From the IMG/VR virus record IMGVR_UViG_3300031787_000063, positions 1 through 64,000 of that record: a stretch of 64,000 nucleotides of DNA, one strand, 5' to 3'. The stretch comes from a virus. The notes under the pieces were generated by a model. It searched no databases and had not been told where the DNA came from. It saw nothing but the letters and a program-made list of their open reading frames with translations. Both the position numbers and the translations under genes were made by a program. This document shows, in pieces, positions 60,744 to 64,000 of the stretch; position 1 is the first letter of the stretch; the number at the start of each line of letters is the position of its first letter.

Positions 60744-60753
60744 TATTTGTTAT
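60744..60753 (-). promoter_or_regulatory. putative late promoter ATAACAAATA
   Basis: Exact motif about 29 nt upstream of the 60715 start. Confidence 0.65.
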
Positions 60754-60961
60754 ATTATTTCAGTAAATATTGATATATAAGTCATTACTATTTCGTACTC
60801 TTTATCAATAGCAGCATCGTTCCGACCCGATTTTTTTTCGGCTGCTGTGACGCAGCGTAAGCTGCGGTATGCACTAAGTTGACAACGAGGTTGACAACCG
60901 TTTCTCAGTATATTTGTTTACATTGTAGATATATACTGTGCATAGATTATTATTCACCTAT

Positions 60962-60991
60962 TCGACTTTTCCTAATAACTCATGCTATAAT
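60962..60991 (+). promoter_or_regulatory. sigma70-type promoter
   Basis: TCGACT-18-TATAAT with extended TG; AAGGAG SD before 61009. Confidence 0.65.
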
Positions 60992-61008
60992 GTTCATAAG
61001 GAGTACTT

Positions 61009-61212
61009 ATGAAAACACCACTTAATATTGGCGATACTTACGAAGCTACTAGGCTGCTAAATCCAAAGAGATTCCCCAAGCAGGAAGATCCTCCTCGTTT
61101 TAAATTACTAGATATTTTTACAAAAGATAATACAGTATTGATAGAATTGGAAGATGGTACAAAGCAAGTAGAATCTGCTTGGTTTATAGAGTTCTATTGT
61201 AAGAAAGTATAA
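61009..61212 (+). CDS. hypothetical protein
   Basis: SD and promoter upstream. Confidence 0.65.
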   Translation: MKTPLNIGDTYEATRLLNPKRFPKQEDPPRFKLLDIFTKDNTVLIELEDGTKQVESAWFIEFYCKKV

Positions 61213-61331
61213 CAAAGTTAATACGGTTTATTCTGCGGAGACAACATGGAGACAACATTTATTCTCATCGGAACACATCTTTTGTTTGCCGCATCCGTGT
61301 GCATAGTTTATACTATCTTTGAGGAGTCTAT

Positions 61332-61652
61332 ATGAACGATAAAGACAAAGAACCTTTTAAGTCTTGGTTTGAACAAGACAGAAAAGAATTTGAAGCAAGA
61401 GAGCCAGCAACATATACAGACTCAGATGAGTGGTGTATGAGAAAAGGCTGGATAGCTGCTTGTAAATACAAAGATAAAGAATACTCTAACTTAATGGATG
61501 CTATGAGTAAGACAAGCCAGTACAATTTCAAACTCCAAGCTGAAAACAAAAAGCTACGTGAAGCTTTGCAATCAATCGGGTATTTTCATCTCAGACCAGA
61601 ACAAGTAATCAGAACGGCTAGAGAAGCACTAAAAAAAGTGAACAAAGAATGA
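61332..61652 (+). CDS. hypothetical protein
   Basis: GAGGAG SD; FKSWF...GWIAA, ENKKLREAL. Confidence 0.65.
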   Translation: MNDKDKEPFKSWFEQDRKEFEAREPATYTDSDEWCMRKGWIAACKYKDKEYSNLMDAMSKTSQYNFKLQAENKKLREALQSIGYFHLRPEQVIRTAREALKKVNKE

Positions 61653-61817
61653 TTTACATGCATAAGAAAAGCGGAGAACTTATCCTAATTAACTGGAGCA
61701 ACGATATGGCTATACACATACAAAAAGAAGATAATCATGGAGTAATCTTCTATTCAGCATGGGTAGCTTTGGAAGATGAATATGAGTTCATTGGCGAACT
61801 GTAAAGGTGGTGCATAG

Positions 61818-62048
61818 ATGAAATACTTATCAATAATTTTTTTGGCTATAGCCTGTTCCCCTTATCACAAACCTCAAGTAGAGTATAGCGTACCTCCGGA
61901 GCTTTCAGATTGTAAGATATTTACTATTTCTGATGGCTGGAAAGAATTGTATGTAGTCAAGTGTCCCAACGCTGATACGACCACTTCTTGGACCAGATCC
62001 TGTGGTAAGAATTGTACCACTACAGAACATGTGACGGTGACTGAATGA
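61818..62048 (+). CDS. Cys-rich lipoprotein
   Basis: FLAIAC lipobox; PPELSDCK...VVKCP. Confidence 0.65.
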   Translation: MKYLSIIFLAIACSPYHKPQVEYSVPPELSDCKIFTISDGWKELYVVKCPNADTTTSWTRSCGKNCTTTEHVTVTE

Positions 62049-62365
62049 GCCAGAAACCACAAAATAAAGTTAAACAAACTTCAGGTGGTATTGGAGTAGA
62101 ACAGTATAATAAAGCTTTGGTTAGAGCTGCAATAGAAGCTACAAAGCTAACCTTTATAAAATCACCCTCTGACCGTCCTCTCGAAATAAATATTGTTGAC
62201 TCTGTATATGCCGTTCCCGGAAAGGTTATGCTTGTCCCAAATGGCACAGAAGTCGATGATCCATCAACTCCATACAAAGATCGCATAAAGCAATTAGAGT
62301 ACGAACTGGCTAAAGCTAAGAGAGCAAAGAAACATATTCTTAGTAATGTACGTACAGGTGCATAG
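62045..62365 (+). CDS. hypothetical protein
   Basis: Last ORF before the non-coding region. Confidence 0.55.
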   Translation: MSQKPQNKVKQTSGGIGVEQYNKALVRAAIEATKLTFIKSPSDRPLEINIVDSVYAVPGKVMLVPNGTEVDDPSTPYKDRIKQLEYELAKAKRAKKHILSNVRTGA

Positions 62366-62477
62366 ATATATAAACACCAATTCTGGCGTATGTATACTGC
62401 CCAAATCAAATTCAAAGTCAAACCCACCTACCCCCCTTGGGGTGGGGAGGGGGGGGGATACTTGACCAAAGCATTTC

Positions 62478-62630
62478 GCTCAGGATTAATACCTGACTGA
62501 TTAACTCGGTCGGATATAATACCTGACTAAACTAATAAGCTCGGATACTAATACCCGACAAAACCATTTTGCTCAACTAATATAATACCTGACTAAATCA
62601 CTTCACTCAGTTATAGGGTATACCCGACCA
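62478..62630. repeat. five-unit repeat array (core ATACCYGAC, 30-35 bp period)
   Basis: Units begin at 62487, 62517, 62549, 62583, 62618. Confidence 0.85.
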
Positions 62631-62639
62631 ATCTAATCG

Positions 62640-62689
62640 GATAGGCAAAGTTTACCTATCTTGTGCTTTTTTTTAAACCATGAGACAAT
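62640..62689 (+). promoter_or_regulatory. promoter P1 with upstream palindromic operator
   Basis: GATAGG-N9-CCTATC then TTGTGC-17-GACAAT (extended TG). Confidence 0.55.
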
Positions 62690-62750
62690 GATTGTATCAG
62701 AAGGAATAAACCTTCTAAAAAGAAAAGGAAAAAAGAGATAACATTAAGAC

Positions 62751-62800
62751 GATAGGCAAAAAGTACCTAGCTTGAGTTATCAGAAAAAAAGAGATACAAT
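62751..62800 (+). promoter_or_regulatory. promoter P2 driving the large ncRNA, with the same operator
   Basis: GATAGG-N9-CCTAGC then TTGAGT-17-TACAAT. Confidence 0.75.
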
Positions 62801-62806
62801 AGATAA

Positions 62807-63385
62807 GAGACAAGGAAACGAGTCTCGATAATCAAACGAACGATTGACGCATAGCGGTAACACTATGATAAGATCGGGGTAGCAGTAAGGTCTGACCTGT
62901 AACGTGACCTGAGTGAGTACCATATCGGTACGGCTATGCAAAGTAGGAGTAATGCCCTACGATAGGTTTTGCGGTGGTGCATTTAGACTCGTCGAGTCAA
63001 TCTATCAGTGAAGTCCAGCTTAAGCAACTGACTCGCTTTGACAAGCATAGGTACAGCGTTTGTCCCTTGTGGTGAGGGACTAAGTGAACAAAGTCACGAA
63101 CTAACGCTTCGCAGTATGTCGATAAGTACAGTAATCGAGTGTAGCAATGCGTCAACTATCAGGTTATAGATGATGCATCTCGTCTGGAAAGTATTACTGG
63201 AGATAAAGGGTATACTGTTTAGTGATTGAATGAGTACTGTATTGAGATTGTAGGGTACAAAAAGTATAGTTTTCCCTATCCTTTAGTAATGCAGTTTTAT
63301 AGTTCGGTATTGCATAGGTAATCTTTACCTACGCTTTACTTGGTGTAAAGCTACATGGTACGATAGTCTCAGTACAGTATTCTTT
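62807..63385 (+). ncRNA. large ornate structured RNA (~575 nt; ROOL/GOLLD-class candidate or new class)
   Basis: No ORF >=60 aa, GC-elevated, more than 10 hairpins, 20-bp closing helix with only G-U deviations, promoter and U-tract at ends. Confidence 0.75.
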
Positions 63386-63429
63386 TTCTTACTGTATTAA
63401 AGAACGATTATTTTTACGATATATCTATA

Positions 63430-63501
63430 CTGGTTAAATTTTTAGGGTAATCGAGTCATGTTTTTTAAAACATTATTCAATTATCCCACAAATTCAACTA
63501 G
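63430..63501 (+). other. long imperfect hairpin (possible RNase III site)
   Basis: About 30-bp symmetric stem. Confidence 0.5.
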
Positions 63502-63543
63502 TTACATTTTTGGGTACAATGCCCAAAATGCATAGGAGGCATT

Positions 63544-63762
63544 ATGATTACAGTTTTTGTCAAGTTTAATAAACACTATGGGGTAGAGCGTATCTATCCT
63601 GATTGCCCGATTACGGAAATCTTTGCCGATATTGCCAAAACGAAAACTTTGAGCGAGAATGATTTAGTGAACATTGAGAAGCTCGGTTATAAAATCGAAG
63701 TCCGTCCCACTGTTTACTATAAGTCCCCATGCGGTAGAGTTACTATTAACTTAGGAGAATAG
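63544..63762 (+). CDS. early hypothetical protein
   Basis: AGGAGG SD. Confidence 0.7.
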   Translation: MITVFVKFNKHYGVERIYPDCPITEIFADIAKTKTLSENDLVNIEKLGYKIEVRPTVYYKSPCGRVTINLGE

Positions 63763-64000
63763 TATGTTTAAAGTAGGTGCAGTATATCCCGATGGCAGTA
63801 AAGAAATAACTTACATCTCTAGTAGGTCTTTAGGTTGGATTCTTGCCATCATCAAGTCAAACAATAGAGAAGGCATCAGAACGCTTGTTCTAATAAAGGA
63901 GTAATATGAAATGTAAAGTGTATTGCTATGCAACATGGTCAGAATACTCAAGACTATTGTTCAAGTATAGAGGCATTAGAATCAGAGTACATAACTCAGG

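Noticed and set aside
60879-60896. TTGACA copies as -35 boxes
   Set aside because: No -10 hexamer at 16-18 bp from either copy
62478-62630. Mini-CRISPR array
   Set aside because: Conserved cores are only ~9-12 bp, the period is 30-35 bp and variable parts are ~10 bp, too short for repeat-spacer units; no cas genes
62807-63385. tRNA cluster, tmRNA or self-splicing intron
   Set aside because: No T-loop GTTCRA/CCA cloverleaf is visible, no gene is interrupted, and no group I/II core was recognised by eye; cmscan is still needed
1-64000. Stop-codon recoding
   Set aside because: Long conserved genes are intact and tightly packed under the standard code; TAA, TAG and TGA all serve as stops

Overview
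A 64-kb, AT-rich segment of a tailed dsDNA phage with podovirus-type architecture. There are five blocks. (1) 1-11.3 kb (+): replication and nucleotide genes (DenV-like glycosylase, family A DNA polymerase, DEDD exonuclease, dNMP kinase, HNH), plus an exported zincin and an exported ClpP-like protease. (2) 11.3-45.5 kb (-): the late virion operon (terminase, portal, scaffold, major capsid, tail fibres, adaptor/nozzle, two GNATs, ejection proteins). (3) 45.8-56 kb (+): M15 endolysin, HU-like protein, AAA ATPase, class II RNR, SLT, ThyX and many small ORFs, including a Tat-exported HiPIP-type Fe-S protein. (4) 56-60.7 kb (-): three paralogues sharing an N-terminal domain, one with delta-60 repeats. 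(5) 62.4-63.5 kb: a non-coding control region with a G/C tract, a repeat array, twin sigma70 promoters and a ~575-nt highly structured RNA, the most striking element. A recurrent ATAACAAATA motif looks like a phage late promoter. No tRNA, integrase or CRISPR array was seen. A Gram-negative host, possibly Bdellovibrionota/delta-like, is inferred only indirectly. All calls come from reading motifs by eye; no database searches were run.
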